Part shown: positions 9,353 through 18,815 of the stretch, one piece after another
How positions within the stretch are numbered: position 1 is the stretch's first letter
How the letters are laid out: each line of letters opens with the position of its first letter
Virus record (IMG/VR): IMGVR_UViG_3300048918_000310
Location: 1 to 48,193 of that record
DNA from: a virus
Length of the DNA: 48,193 nt
Reading direction: 5' to 3' (one strand)
Made by a program: the position numbers and the translations under genes
Notes under the pieces: generated by a model
Databases searched by the model: none
Told to the model about the DNA's origin: nothing
The model's input: the letters and a program-made list of their open reading frames with translations, nothing else

Positions 9353-9695
9353 GCAGATGCACAAGGGGCAGGATGCCAACGGTAACCCTATTGGCCAATA
9401 TCAGAACGAGGTATATGCGGAAATGAAACACAGCATGAACCCATTACCTGGTTTTGGGGTGCCAGATTTAAAGCTTACCGGGGCGTTTTACCGTGGTGTA
9501 TCTGTAACGGTTAACAATCAGTCCGTTATAACGGACAGTAGCGATAGTAAGTCAGCCGAATTGCAGGCCAAATATGGGAAAGAAATCTTTGGACTGAATG
9601 GTGTCTATAAAAGGGAATATTTAAATGAAAGTTTAGGTCCGGTTTTCAGGTCGTCAATTACAAGTATAATCGGTTTAAAATTCAACAAGGCATGA
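9225..9695 (+). CDS. Hypothetical tail-completion-like protein. Start is TTG 9225 or ATG 9240.
   Basis: DLKLTGAFYRGVSV resembles the D-TG-L-R-S motif of HK97 gp10-like tail components. This is a weak, by-eye match. Confidence 0.5.
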   Translation: MLPFPMTIPSLYQKLQTLEAQTDQVITSSLEQTKEALANLNVEQMHKGQDANGNPIGQYQNEVYAEMKHSMNPLPGFGVPDLKLTGAFYRGVSVTVNNQSVITDSSDSKSAELQAKYGKEIFGLNGVYKREYLNESLGPVFRSSITSIIGLKFNKA

Positions 9696-9919
9696 GTTGT
9701 GAAGGATGTCATATATTTGCGAATGGCCAGGCTGACGCGATAAGTGCAGTCCGGTCTGCAGCAATAAAGTATGGGCAAGAGCAAAAAGTTTCGGTCGCTA
9801 TTTGGCAAGAAGGATTTGACTGGTTCTACGGGCCAGCCACAACTGCCATTACAACCAGAAAGCCCATCCGCGACATTCTTCCGTTCAATCAGCAACCTGC
9901 CCCTGTTCAAATACCGTGA
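9692..9919 (+). CDS. Hypothetical protein (75 aa); possible tail assembly chaperone partner
   Basis: ATGA overlap with the previous gene. Overlaps the next ORF by 149 nt. Confidence 0.4.
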   Translation: MSCEGCHIFANGQADAISAVRSAAIKYGQEQKVSVAIWQEGFDWFYGPATTAITTRKPIRDILPFNQQPAPVQIP

Positions 9920-10493
9920 ATGCGTTGTAAGAGGCAACCTATCAGCTCTTATTATTACAGGTTTCCCGCCAGAAAGCGAATTACGGTTAGCATGGCTGGA
10001 CATACAGCAGGAGTATGCGGATATTATGGGCGACAGTGAGCAGAAGAACTATGTCAATGCTTTAAAGGAAGTTCACCTGCTTAATTGTACGCTGCAACAA
10101 ATCGCCATCTGTATTGAATGGGTAGGTAAATGTTTACCCATGCTCCCCAACCCTGCGGTGCAGGAATATGTTGATCGGTTTTCCAGTGATCTCAATAACT
10201 TTCTGGATGCGGCTTTCGTTTTTGACTATAACGACCCTGAAAAGTACAAAGACAACCTGGTCAAAGCCGAAAGACGCAGTAAAGGGATAAAATTATCACT
10301 CGATGTCGCAATGGTCAATGAAGAAGCTTTAAGACCTGCATCTGACCAGCAAAAACCGGACGACGCCTACTTTCAAAATATTCTCATCAACCTGTCTGAT
10401 GCGGCAGGTTACTACATAACAGACACCATCACAGTTCTTGAATTCGCACAGCGAATAAAAAGACTGAACGATGGCAGAAGAACTTATAAGTAG
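9771..10493 (+). CDS. Hypothetical protein immediately upstream of the tape measure (chaperone position)
   Basis: 240-aa ORF whose 3' end overlaps the tape measure start by 23 nt. Confidence 0.55.
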   Translation: MGKSKKFRSLFGKKDLTGSTGQPQLPLQPESPSATFFRSISNLPLFKYRECVVRGNLSALIITGFPPESELRLAWLDIQQEYADIMGDSEQKNYVNALKEVHLLNCTLQQIAICIEWVGKCLPMLPNPAVQEYVDRFSSDLNNFLDAAFVFDYNDPEKYKDNLVKAERRSKGIKLSLDVAMVNEEALRPASDQQKPDDAYFQNILINLSDAAGYYITDTITVLEFAQRIKRLNDGRRTYK

Positions 10494-13400
10494 TTATATT
10501 GACCGGGCAGCCATAAAAGCTGACACGGATTTCTTTCTATCCCAAATAAAGACTGTTTTTGAAGCCTATACCAATCTTGGTAACACCAAGACGAATCTGT
10601 CATTTGCTGATGGCGTCAAAAACACTACAAATGGAATCAGTCAGTTAAATGAAGCATTAAAAGAAACTACTACAATATCTAAGGAGGCATCCAAGGCGAC
10701 TGCAGAAGAAGCTAAAATTCTTGCCCTTGCAGCTAAAGCGGCAAAGGATGCAGCAGCAGAAAAGAAACTACTTGCACAGGCGGCTGCAGCAGAGGCAAAA
10801 GCGAGCGCAGAAAATGCTAAGGTAAAAGCTGAGGAAGCTAAAGCGTTAAAGGAGCTTTACAACGCGGAAAAAGCCGAGGCATCATCTTTAAAAGAACTTG
10901 CGCAAGTTGAAAAGCTGGAAGCTCAAACCAGAAAAGAAAACGCTGCAGCGGCTTTAAAAGAACAACAGCTGAGCGGGCGCAAGGAAGATAAATCCACTAA
11001 CGACATTCCCTACACTAATAATCTCGCTGAGTTAGAGGCCGAACAAGCGGCGGCCTTAAAAACCGGAGAGGTTGTTGCTGATTTAGAGAAAGCCCAATTG
11101 GATGCCCAATTGGCCGCATCTGAATGGGCTGCATCCCAGAAAAAAGCATCTGCTGACACAACCGCAGCGAACCAATTAACAAAAAAAGCTGAACTGGATA
11201 ATTATGATCTTCTACTGGATAGAAAGGCTGAATTAAAGAATAACACAGATCAACAAAAAGAGTATGCAAGACAGTTAAAAGAAGGTGAAATAAGCCTAGG
11301 AACTTACAATGAAAAAGTTAAGCAATTAATTATTCAGGAGAAAGAGCTTAAATACTCCATTGGTCAGATAAACGCTGACATTAAGAACCAGACAAAATTA
11401 GATTTTGCGACACCCGGGTCTAAAGCCGAAGCTGAGGCAAATAATATCATTCTCAGAAAAGAACGGGATGCTACTGACGTAAACGATGTTGAACGTATTG
11501 CCGAACTCAATCGCCTTATTGACGAAAACAACAAGTTGATCGATGAGAATAGCGATAAGTTAGGTAGGCAAAAAATAAACATTGGTAACTATCCTACGGC
11601 TTTCGCTGGCGCCTTCAAGTTCCTGAATGATGAACTGGCATCTGTAGAAGGGAAGCTGGCCGGTCCCGGTTTAAGTGGCAAGGAAATTGAAAACCTATCG
11701 GTAAAACAAGAGGCCTTACGGAATGCTACTGCCCTTGTTGGTAAAGAATTCAGTTCAACAACCGCCCAACAAAACGCATTTAAGGAAGCCGCCACACAAA
11801 TCGGTTTAGTCTTTGGAAAGGACAGCGAAACATTTAAACAGTTCAATAGTCAGGTACAAGCCGGTAAAGCTGAATTGGATAGTGTGAAGGGTGCCATGAC
11901 CGGAGCAGAGGCGGCAGGCAACAAGTTCGGCAAGGCATTAGGTGGTATATGGAGTGGTATACGGCAAATTGCTTATGCAATACCTGGAATAGGACTAGCA
12001 GGATTGGTAGGGTTGCTATTAACACCATTAGAAGCAATAGGTAAATCATTTTTCACATTTGCAAGAAATACAGATTCCGCAAAAAAGGCCACAGATGAAT
12101 TTGTAAAATCACTTGAAACAGAAGGAACAATATTCGATGAAGCAAAAGGTAAATACAGTGATGTAGCTGCCAATGTTGCTGAGTTAAAAGAAGATGTTTT
12201 ACTTGCTAAACAAGGCTTTATTGACAAAGACTTGGTAGTAAAGCAGTATAATGAAACAATGGGCAAGACTGTCGGAACCGTTAAAGATCTGGATCAGGTT
12301 GAACAACAGTTGGTACAGAACGGTGAAGCATATATTAAATTCACTCTGTTTAAAGCAGCTGCCCAAGTTGCGTATCAAAAAGCGGCTGAAAAGGCATTTG
12401 AAGCTGAACAAACTAGACGGAAAAAAGAAATAGAATTTCAAAATCTTGGTGACAAGGCCCTTTCTGGTGATGAAGGCTTTTTTTCCTCTGCCGCTCCAAG
12501 TAGATCACAAGTTGAAACACAAAGATATATAACCGAACAGCAGAAAAAGAGACGACAAACACAGGTTGATGCGGCTGAAAAGGAAAAAAAGGAGTTGCAG
12601 GACATTGCTGATAAATTTGAGAAAGACGCTGCTGAGATTTCCAAAAAATTTCACTTTAATTTCTTCGGTAACGGTAAAGAAGATACCGCACTTAAAGAAT
12701 ATTTAAAAAAGTTCTTCGATCAGGAATTAAAAGCACAGCAGGATGCCTATACAAGAATTTCCCAATCGGATACAGTTTACTTGGACACCCGCCTGGAAGC
12801 CAGGAAAAGAGCTTATGAGTTCGAGTTTCAAATCATTGAGGGCCAGAAGAACTATGAACTGGCCGTTGAGAAAAACAAGCTGGATTCTGTTATTAATAAT
12901 GCAAAAGCCACAAAAAACGAAAAAATAAACGCCCGGCGTGAATATGCTACTCGTATTGCTGAGATCGACGAAAGGGTAGATTTTCAGGAAAAAGAAGCTG
13001 CCCGAAAGCTTTCTATTGACCTCGGTGTGATCCGCAGAAAGCAGGTCGATGATGATATTGCACTCATAAAAAAAGAACAGGAAGAAATTGCAGAGCTTGA
13101 CAAAAAGAAGCTGGAAGCCGAATTAAAAGCCGAGCAGGACCGTATTAAACGCCGGCAGGATCAGGATGCTATCAACCAGGACACCGAACTACGTGTACTG
13201 GATTTGGAGTATCAGAAAAAATTAATCAGTGAGGAAGAATATCAGAAGAAAAAGTTTCAGATTGAAAGATACTACTCGCTTAAATCACAGACTGATACCA
13301 TTGCTGACCTTGAAAGGCAGATTCAAAGGGCAAAAAATGACGGTAAAGATACACTGGACCTGGAAAGAAAGATTGCAGATGAGAAAAAGAAAATTGATGA

Positions 13401-14340
13401 TGAGCTTACGAAAAAGCTGATCGACAACCGGGAAAAGTTAATTGCCCGGGAAAAGGAATTCGCGCAAACAGTTATAGGCGCCGTTCAATCTTTGGTGGAT
13501 AACGGCTATGAACGGCAAAAGAACGCCCTGCAGGATCAGATCGATCTTATTGATTCCAAAAAGCAAAAGGAAATCGATGGTGTAAATGCCAGTGTTGCCA
13601 GCGAGCAGGATAAAGCAGCCAAAATTGCAATTATAAACCAGCGGACTGAAGATCAAAAGGCAGAGCTTCAGAAGAAACAGCGCGAACAGGATATAAAGAA
13701 GGCGCAGTTTGATAAGCTCATAGGCATACTGCAGGTTGGGGTATCAACACAAAGAACAATAGCCGATTTGGCTGCAAAAGCGGCAATAGCTAAAGCTGAA
13801 GCATCTGTATTGGCAGCTAACCCAGTAACAGCCGCATATGCTCCAATCGCCTTTGCTTCTGCGGCAGCGATTGCGGCGCAGATCCCATTGGCGCTTGCCC
13901 AGGGTGCCATTCAAGCCGGCCTGATCGCGGCACAACCTATACCCAAATACAGAACAGGTACCGGTTATCACCCAGGCGGCCTGATGTACGCGGGTGATGG
14001 CGGCAAATCTGAAATTGTTATTCCACCTGGCGGTAATGCGTTTACCACCCCGTCAGTTGCCACACTGTACGATATGCCGCGGGGCACTATTGTATTACCG
14101 GACGCTAATCAGGCAATCGAACAATCATTTAACATGATGTATAAACCGGTATTGCCAGCATTGGCAGCCGGTGAAGATCTGCAGGTGAAAATGCTATCCA
14201 AGAAAATGGATGCCGTAATAAACGCTATAAACAATATCCCAGGCACAAAGGTCGTGAACACATGGAGCGGGGTTAACACCTCTTATGAAAATGTTTCACG
14301 CCTATGGGAGTATATTAACAATAACACCCAATCGCGATAA
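10471..14340 (+). CDS. Tail tape measure protein
   Basis: 1289 aa with extensive A/K/E coiled coil. Has an internal hydrophobic segment (IAYAIPGIGLAGLVGLLLTPL) and is the largest ORF in the tail module. Confidence 0.85.
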   Translation: MAEELISSYIDRAAIKADTDFFLSQIKTVFEAYTNLGNTKTNLSFADGVKNTTNGISQLNEALKETTTISKEASKATAEEAKILALAAKAAKDAAAEKKLLAQAAAAEAKASAENAKVKAEEAKALKELYNAEKAEASSLKELAQVEKLEAQTRKENAAAALKEQQLSGRKEDKSTNDIPYTNNLAELEAEQAAALKTGEVVADLEKAQLDAQLAASEWAASQKKASADTTAANQLTKKAELDNYDLLLDRKAELKNNTDQQKEYARQLKEGEISLGTYNEKVKQLIIQEKELKYSIGQINADIKNQTKLDFATPGSKAEAEANNIILRKERDATDVNDVERIAELNRLIDENNKLIDENSDKLGRQKINIGNYPTAFAGAFKFLNDELASVEGKLAGPGLSGKEIENLSVKQEALRNATALVGKEFSSTTAQQNAFKEAATQIGLVFGKDSETFKQFNSQVQAGKAELDSVKGAMTGAEAAGNKFGKALGGIWSGIRQIAYAIPGIGLAGLVGLLLTPLEAIGKSFFTFARNTDSAKKATDEFVKSLETEGTIFDEAKGKYSDVAANVAELKEDVLLAKQGFIDKDLVVKQYNETMGKTVGTVKDLDQVEQQLVQNGEAYIKFTLFKAAAQVAYQKAAEKAFEAEQTRRKKEIEFQNLGDKALSGDEGFFSSAAPSRSQVETQRYITEQQKKRRQTQVDAAEKEKKELQDIADKFEKDAAEISKKFHFNFFGNGKEDTALKEYLKKFFDQELKAQQDAYTRISQSDTVYLDTRLEARKRAYEFEFQIIEGQKNYELAVEKNKLDSVINNAKATKNEKINARREYATRIAEIDERVDFQEKEAARKLSIDLGVIRRKQVDDDIALIKKEQEEIAELDKKKLEAELKAEQDRIKRRQDQDAINQDTELRVLDLEYQKKLISEEEYQKKKFQIERYYSLKSQTDTIADLERQIQRAKNDGKDTLDLERKIADEKKKIDDELTKKLIDNREKLIAREKEFAQTVIGAVQSLVDNGYERQKNALQDQIDLIDSKKQKEIDGVNASVASEQDKAAKIAIINQRTEDQKAELQKKQREQDIKKAQFDKLIGILQVGVSTQRTIADLAAKAAIAKAEASVLAANPVTAAYAPIAFASAAAIAAQIPLALAQGAIQAGLIAAQPIPKYRTGTGYHPGGLMYAGDGGKSEIVIPPGGNAFTTPSVATLYDMPRGTIVLPDANQAIEQSFNMMYKPVLPALAAGEDLQVKMLSKKMDAVINAINNIPGTKVVNTWSGVNTSYENVSRLWEYINNNTQSR

Positions 14341-16526
14341 TGCAAGGGCCTGATTTTTTATATTTTTTGATGAACGATAAGAACCAGTTCTATTACGTAA
14401 ATGGAACGAACGTTTCTACGACTGGTTTACCTAGGCCGCTGACCTACACCCCAGACGGTTGGCAAGATATTTCTATTTTCTTTGAACGTAATAAAAAGTA
14501 CTTCGCTATCGATCGGTCGTTTTCGTACCCTATGAATTTTGTGGAAGATGGCGCCCGGATCCTTAAGTATTTGTTCTACGACCAATTGGGGGTAGAATCT
14601 AAATGTTACTTGTTGATCGCGGAACAGGTACTGGACTTCGACGGTGTTACTTACGGTTTCCGCTACCAGAAAATGTATAAAGGAGAAATTGACTTTAGTA
14701 CATTTTCCCACCAAGGGCCGAAGGTGACCGTTAATATGATGGAAGGTGACCTGGTGAAATTGATAAAAGCCGGGGAGAGTACAGATTTTGAAATACCACT
14801 GGGCGATGATGCAGAGCTAATAGAAATGGATGGTCTGAACCTGCAGGAGAAAGGCAACTTTAACCTGGTAAGTGACTTTGAAATTAAGAAAACAACCTTC
14901 GGCACAAACTGGTTTCTCCCTGTTAATTACTTAGGCAGTGATGGTAAATCAACTGGCATAGCCTTTTCCACTCAGGATGTTAAGAACATGACCGGTAAAA
15001 CATTTACCGATAAATTGAACGATAGCGATTATCTGGGTTTGGGAAGCGATAGTATTACTAGCACAACCACGGCAACCGTTAGCGGCGTAGTCGAGTTTAA
15101 ATGTACTGTAAACGATCCCGGGCTGGGGGTTAGGATGCGCTTTTTAAGGAGCAATCAGAGCATTTCTAATCAGAACGATTACCAGATCCTCCAGAACGGC
15201 AACCCGACACCTGGGCAGACCTATACTTACAATATCAATCTTACCATTCCCCTGCAGGCAGGGGAAAGATTATACCTGGAAGGGATCTATTTTGGTGGGG
15301 TTACCGGCGCCATTGACATAGGCATTTCGTTTACTGATAATTGCTCCTTAAAAATAAAATACAAAAACACTTTCCGGGCTACAAAAACGAAAGCATACCG
15401 CCCATCAGTTTTACTACAAAAAATACTCGATAAAGTTACAGGTGGTGGTTATTCTATTGTAAGCACTCTTCTTACCGGCGATAATGACCTGCGTATGTTG
15501 ACTTCAGGCGATGCCCTGCGCGGTCTATCCGGCGCAGTAATTAAAATAAGCCTATTGAAGTTTTTCCAGTTGTTCGACATGCAACTGGATGCCGCCATGG
15601 GCATCATAAACAATGTGTTGTATTTCGAGAATAAACAGTATTGGTATGCCAATTCGACGGTTATAGATCTTGGCAGCGTAACAAACCTGAAAACCAACCA
15701 GTCTGGCGATTACCTGTTCAATACAGTTTCAATCGGCTATCCGAATCAAAACTATAACCAGGCCCTGGGCGACGTAAACGGCAAATTGGAACCCTGCGTA
15801 ACGCAGTCCTATACGCTGCCAGTTACCTGCGTAAGTAAAGCACTGAGCCTAACAACGGACATACGCGCGGATATGTACGGCATTGAATTTACCCGTATCA
15901 ACCTGGAAGGGAAAACTACTGTTGACAGCAGCAGCGATAACGATACATTCTGCATTAAGGTGGCAGCAAAAGCCACTGGCGCCACGACCTACACACTTGA
16001 CAGATCGCTAAACCCATACGTTTCAATCGTAATTGACCCATCCTATAATATGGATGCTACTACGCAGGCCGATTTGATAAGCGCATATGACCAAGCAAAA
16101 GCGTTCAACCTGTTGTTGACGCCAAAGCAGTGCTTATACAACCATGGGTCTTTCATTCGCGGCTGCCTGCGTAAGCTGGACAGTAAATGGATCCGCTACA
16201 ACGTATCTGATAAGTTCCCTCTGGTAAAGGTTTCACCCCCAGGTGGGAAAGTCATTTATGAGCGCTCCGACGTGCAGGTGGGCGATCTCGCAACGCCTTA
16301 CTTTGACAGTGTACAATTTGATTTTGAAACCAAAACACCGATTAACCTGCAGGATGTATTAGCACAAAATCCCGTTCAGGCTTTCCAGTTTGAATACCAA
16401 GGTGTGATAATGCAAGGGGTGAACATAAAAGTAGGCATGCAGCCAGCCATTCAAAAATCGCAGGTTTGGTCCCTGCTATCTGTACCTACAAACAATCTTT
16501 CAGAACTAATCGAAGTCTGGATATGA
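14340..16526 (+). CDS. Tail tip or distal tail protein (728 aa)
   Basis: The start overlaps the tape measure stop by one base (TAATG). Called on position. Confidence 0.65.
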   Translation: MQGPDFLYFLMNDKNQFYYVNGTNVSTTGLPRPLTYTPDGWQDISIFFERNKKYFAIDRSFSYPMNFVEDGARILKYLFYDQLGVESKCYLLIAEQVLDFDGVTYGFRYQKMYKGEIDFSTFSHQGPKVTVNMMEGDLVKLIKAGESTDFEIPLGDDAELIEMDGLNLQEKGNFNLVSDFEIKKTTFGTNWFLPVNYLGSDGKSTGIAFSTQDVKNMTGKTFTDKLNDSDYLGLGSDSITSTTTATVSGVVEFKCTVNDPGLGVRMRFLRSNQSISNQNDYQILQNGNPTPGQTYTYNINLTIPLQAGERLYLEGIYFGGVTGAIDIGISFTDNCSLKIKYKNTFRATKTKAYRPSVLLQKILDKVTGGGYSIVSTLLTGDNDLRMLTSGDALRGLSGAVIKISLLKFFQLFDMQLDAAMGIINNVLYFENKQYWYANSTVIDLGSVTNLKTNQSGDYLFNTVSIGYPNQNYNQALGDVNGKLEPCVTQSYTLPVTCVSKALSLTTDIRADMYGIEFTRINLEGKTTVDSSSDNDTFCIKVAAKATGATTYTLDRSLNPYVSIVIDPSYNMDATTQADLISAYDQAKAFNLLLTPKQCLYNHGSFIRGCLRKLDSKWIRYNVSDKFPLVKVSPPGGKVIYERSDVQVGDLATPYFDSVQFDFETKTPINLQDVLAQNPVQAFQFEYQGVIMQGVNIKVGMQPAIQKSQVWSLLSVPTNNLSELIEVWI

Positions 16527-17470
16527 GCAGAATATACATACCGCACCTTAATCCGCTGGTGTTTTATGACCCAAATAAAGTGAGGCCGGCACAATATCAG
16601 ACCAGGCATATTAACGAATATGCGTTTGCTGATTCACAACCGGCATGGGTAAATCCCGCTGATTTCTGGCAACCTTGGCAGACTAGTGACACAATCCCGC
16701 TACAATTTACAGCGAACTATAGCGCAATTCAGGTGGATCTGGTAGATGATATTGATTATAGAGGGAATAGTTTGCTTGCATTATCGAGTCTTAATAGCTA
16801 TGCAAATAGGTATCAACCAGGGTTCTATGCATACCAGGCTTTTATGTCGTTGGCAACAGTTGCACATGGATCCTATCGAGTGAGACTAACACTCAACAAT
16901 AATCCCAACAATATCCGTATTTCAGAAAAAATTATAGTTTCAGATAATTTTGAAAATACTGTACTTTTGGAGTACGCAAATAACCGATTCCACGGGGATG
17001 TTTTGTTTGAAACTGGTATCAGATTTTCGTTGCGCGTGCCGGGTGGTATTGATAGTTACGATCCTTTCAGCAAGGATGTGATGTTTGAGGACCAAATACT
17101 TAACCCGACACAACTTTCTTCCAAGCCTTATGCCCAGGCAAAACTTATCCTTGGTGATGCGCAAGGTCTTCCGGATTGGGTGATGTATAAAATGATGTGG
17201 ATCTGGTCCTGCAATGATGTGACTGTTGACGGCAAACCTTTCGCAAAGGCAGACGGTGCAAAGTGGGAGAAAAACGAAAGTGAAGACTGGAAGAAACGAG
17301 GGTGGTCAATGTTACTTAGGGAGGGGATAAACCGAGGTAGTCAGATATTCGATACAACCGGCGACCCTACAAAAAAGTTAGTAGTAGCGTTCAATATAGA
17401 TGGTACGGTGTTCGGGGACATAAGCAGTAATGCAAGCTCGAATATCATTCAAATTCAAAGCGTTGGTTAA
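16523..17470 (+). CDS. Tail tip or baseplate protein (315 aa). The start is taken at the ATGA overlap (MSRIYIPHL).
   Basis: The ATG at 16523 overlaps the stop of the previous gene. The longer track ORF (16466) would overlap by 61 nt. Confidence 0.6.
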   Translation: MSRIYIPHLNPLVFYDPNKVRPAQYQTRHINEYAFADSQPAWVNPADFWQPWQTSDTIPLQFTANYSAIQVDLVDDIDYRGNSLLALSSLNSYANRYQPGFYAYQAFMSLATVAHGSYRVRLTLNNNPNNIRISEKIIVSDNFENTVLLEYANNRFHGDVLFETGIRFSLRVPGGIDSYDPFSKDVMFEDQILNPTQLSSKPYAQAKLILGDAQGLPDWVMYKMMWIWSCNDVTVDGKPFAKADGAKWEKNESEDWKKRGWSMLLREGINRGSQIFDTTGDPTKKLVVAFNIDGTVFGDISSNASSNIIQIQSVG

Positions 17471-18807
17471 TGGCTGATATTAAATTATCATTAGGGCAGG
17501 TTAATATTACGGACTACCTGATTGTAAGGATCAGGGAGGTTGCAGCTCCTACGGCCATTGTTGACCAACAACCTTTCGGGCCAGCGCCATCAGGCGCAAT
17601 CAATGTATTTTTCCCAAACGTAAACCCGGTTACACACTACGTTGATTTTTATGAATCTTCAAACGGGACGGCATTAACTTCCCTGCTGGCGATTTATACG
17701 GTCGATGCCCGGACAAACCAACTGATTTACGAGCGCCGGTTTTACGTCGTTGGAGTTTCGCCATTTGCGGTAGCAGGCCAGCCAAACATTGTTGATCCAT
17801 ATCTGAACGGGAAAACAATCGCCGGGTTTGCGCAGCGGGCTTTTGGAGCAATGATCCCAACAGTTGAATGGAGCTTTTCAGGTTCAACAATTTCCAACTT
17901 GATCGGTCCATTATCCGACGGTGATACTTATTACGTTGATATAACCTATCTACAGCCTGTAACTGCAAACTCCAATAAACAGTTTTTTGCAGGGATAAAA
18001 ACCCTAACAACCAATACTGCCATCGATAACACGTATTACAATAACCGGATACGCGTCAATGGTGGCAATTCGCACACATTGCCAGACGCTGGCACCGTGC
18101 CAGACGGGACAATGTTCTACTTTATCAGCCAACAACTGGGAATACCGCAGGCGAAAATATCATCATCCAGCAACTTTTTGCAGCCTTGGGGAACACTAAA
18201 TGAAGTTTGGTTGGGCAAAGGGGAACATTTATGGCTGGAAAAAGTAACCATTTCAGGTACGCCTTCCTATGAAGTAGTGAGTGGGCATGATAACCTGCAG
18301 CTGGTAGGCCAGCGTTACGCCGGAACGTCTACACAATCGTTGAATGTGCTGGCTGAAGATGACGAAACTTACGATGCAGCAGATTACCCGCGCATGTGGT
18401 GGTGGTTACAACATAAGGCTGATGCCGGTACTGTTGTAGTGGATTCGTCCTTAACCAGGCCTGCAAATATGCAAGGCTTGTTTATTGTCGATAACGTCGG
18501 CATGCGTTTCCGTATGCCTAATACGCAAGGGTTAAGCGAAAAGGGTTTGGCTAATTTTTCATCCTTTGGGGGCGATATCACACGTACATACGATTACCCG
18601 GGAGGCTACCAGGCTGATCAGGTTGGGGAAGTTAGGGTAAGATTGAACAAGGGCAACGGATATGCAGGATCAGGCGCCAATCCGGATTGGTTCGGTCCTG
18701 GCGATCCGGCTCACCCACAAGATGGCGGCTATGATGAAATTACAGCGAATGCTGGTAAGGTAAACACTGTTAAAAACTTTGGCGTGATCTATTATCGCCA
18801 TGTTTAA
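17470..18807 (+). CDS. Tail fibre or baseplate protein with a tail-collar-like C-terminal motif
   Basis: FRMPNTQGLSEKGL...GG resembles the LPDLRGRF motif of the phage tail collar domain (by eye). Confidence 0.55.
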   Translation: MADIKLSLGQVNITDYLIVRIREVAAPTAIVDQQPFGPAPSGAINVFFPNVNPVTHYVDFYESSNGTALTSLLAIYTVDARTNQLIYERRFYVVGVSPFAVAGQPNIVDPYLNGKTIAGFAQRAFGAMIPTVEWSFSGSTISNLIGPLSDGDTYYVDITYLQPVTANSNKQFFAGIKTLTTNTAIDNTYYNNRIRVNGGNSHTLPDAGTVPDGTMFYFISQQLGIPQAKISSSSNFLQPWGTLNEVWLGKGEHLWLEKVTISGTPSYEVVSGHDNLQLVGQRYAGTSTQSLNVLAEDDETYDAADYPRMWWWLQHKADAGTVVVDSSLTRPANMQGLFIVDNVGMRFRMPNTQGLSEKGLANFSSFGGDITRTYDYPGGYQADQVGEVRVRLNKGNGYAGSGANPDWFGPGDPAHPQDGGYDEITANAGKVNTVKNFGVIYYRHV

Positions 18808-18815
18808 ATATTAGT

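Noticed and set aside
10700-11000. Apparent tandem repeats in the tape measure gene (AAKAAKDAAAEKK..., AEEAKALKE...)
   Set aside because: This is low-complexity coiled-coil coding sequence rather than exact DNA tandem repeats. No CRISPR-like repeat-spacer periodicity was seen here or anywhere else in the window.
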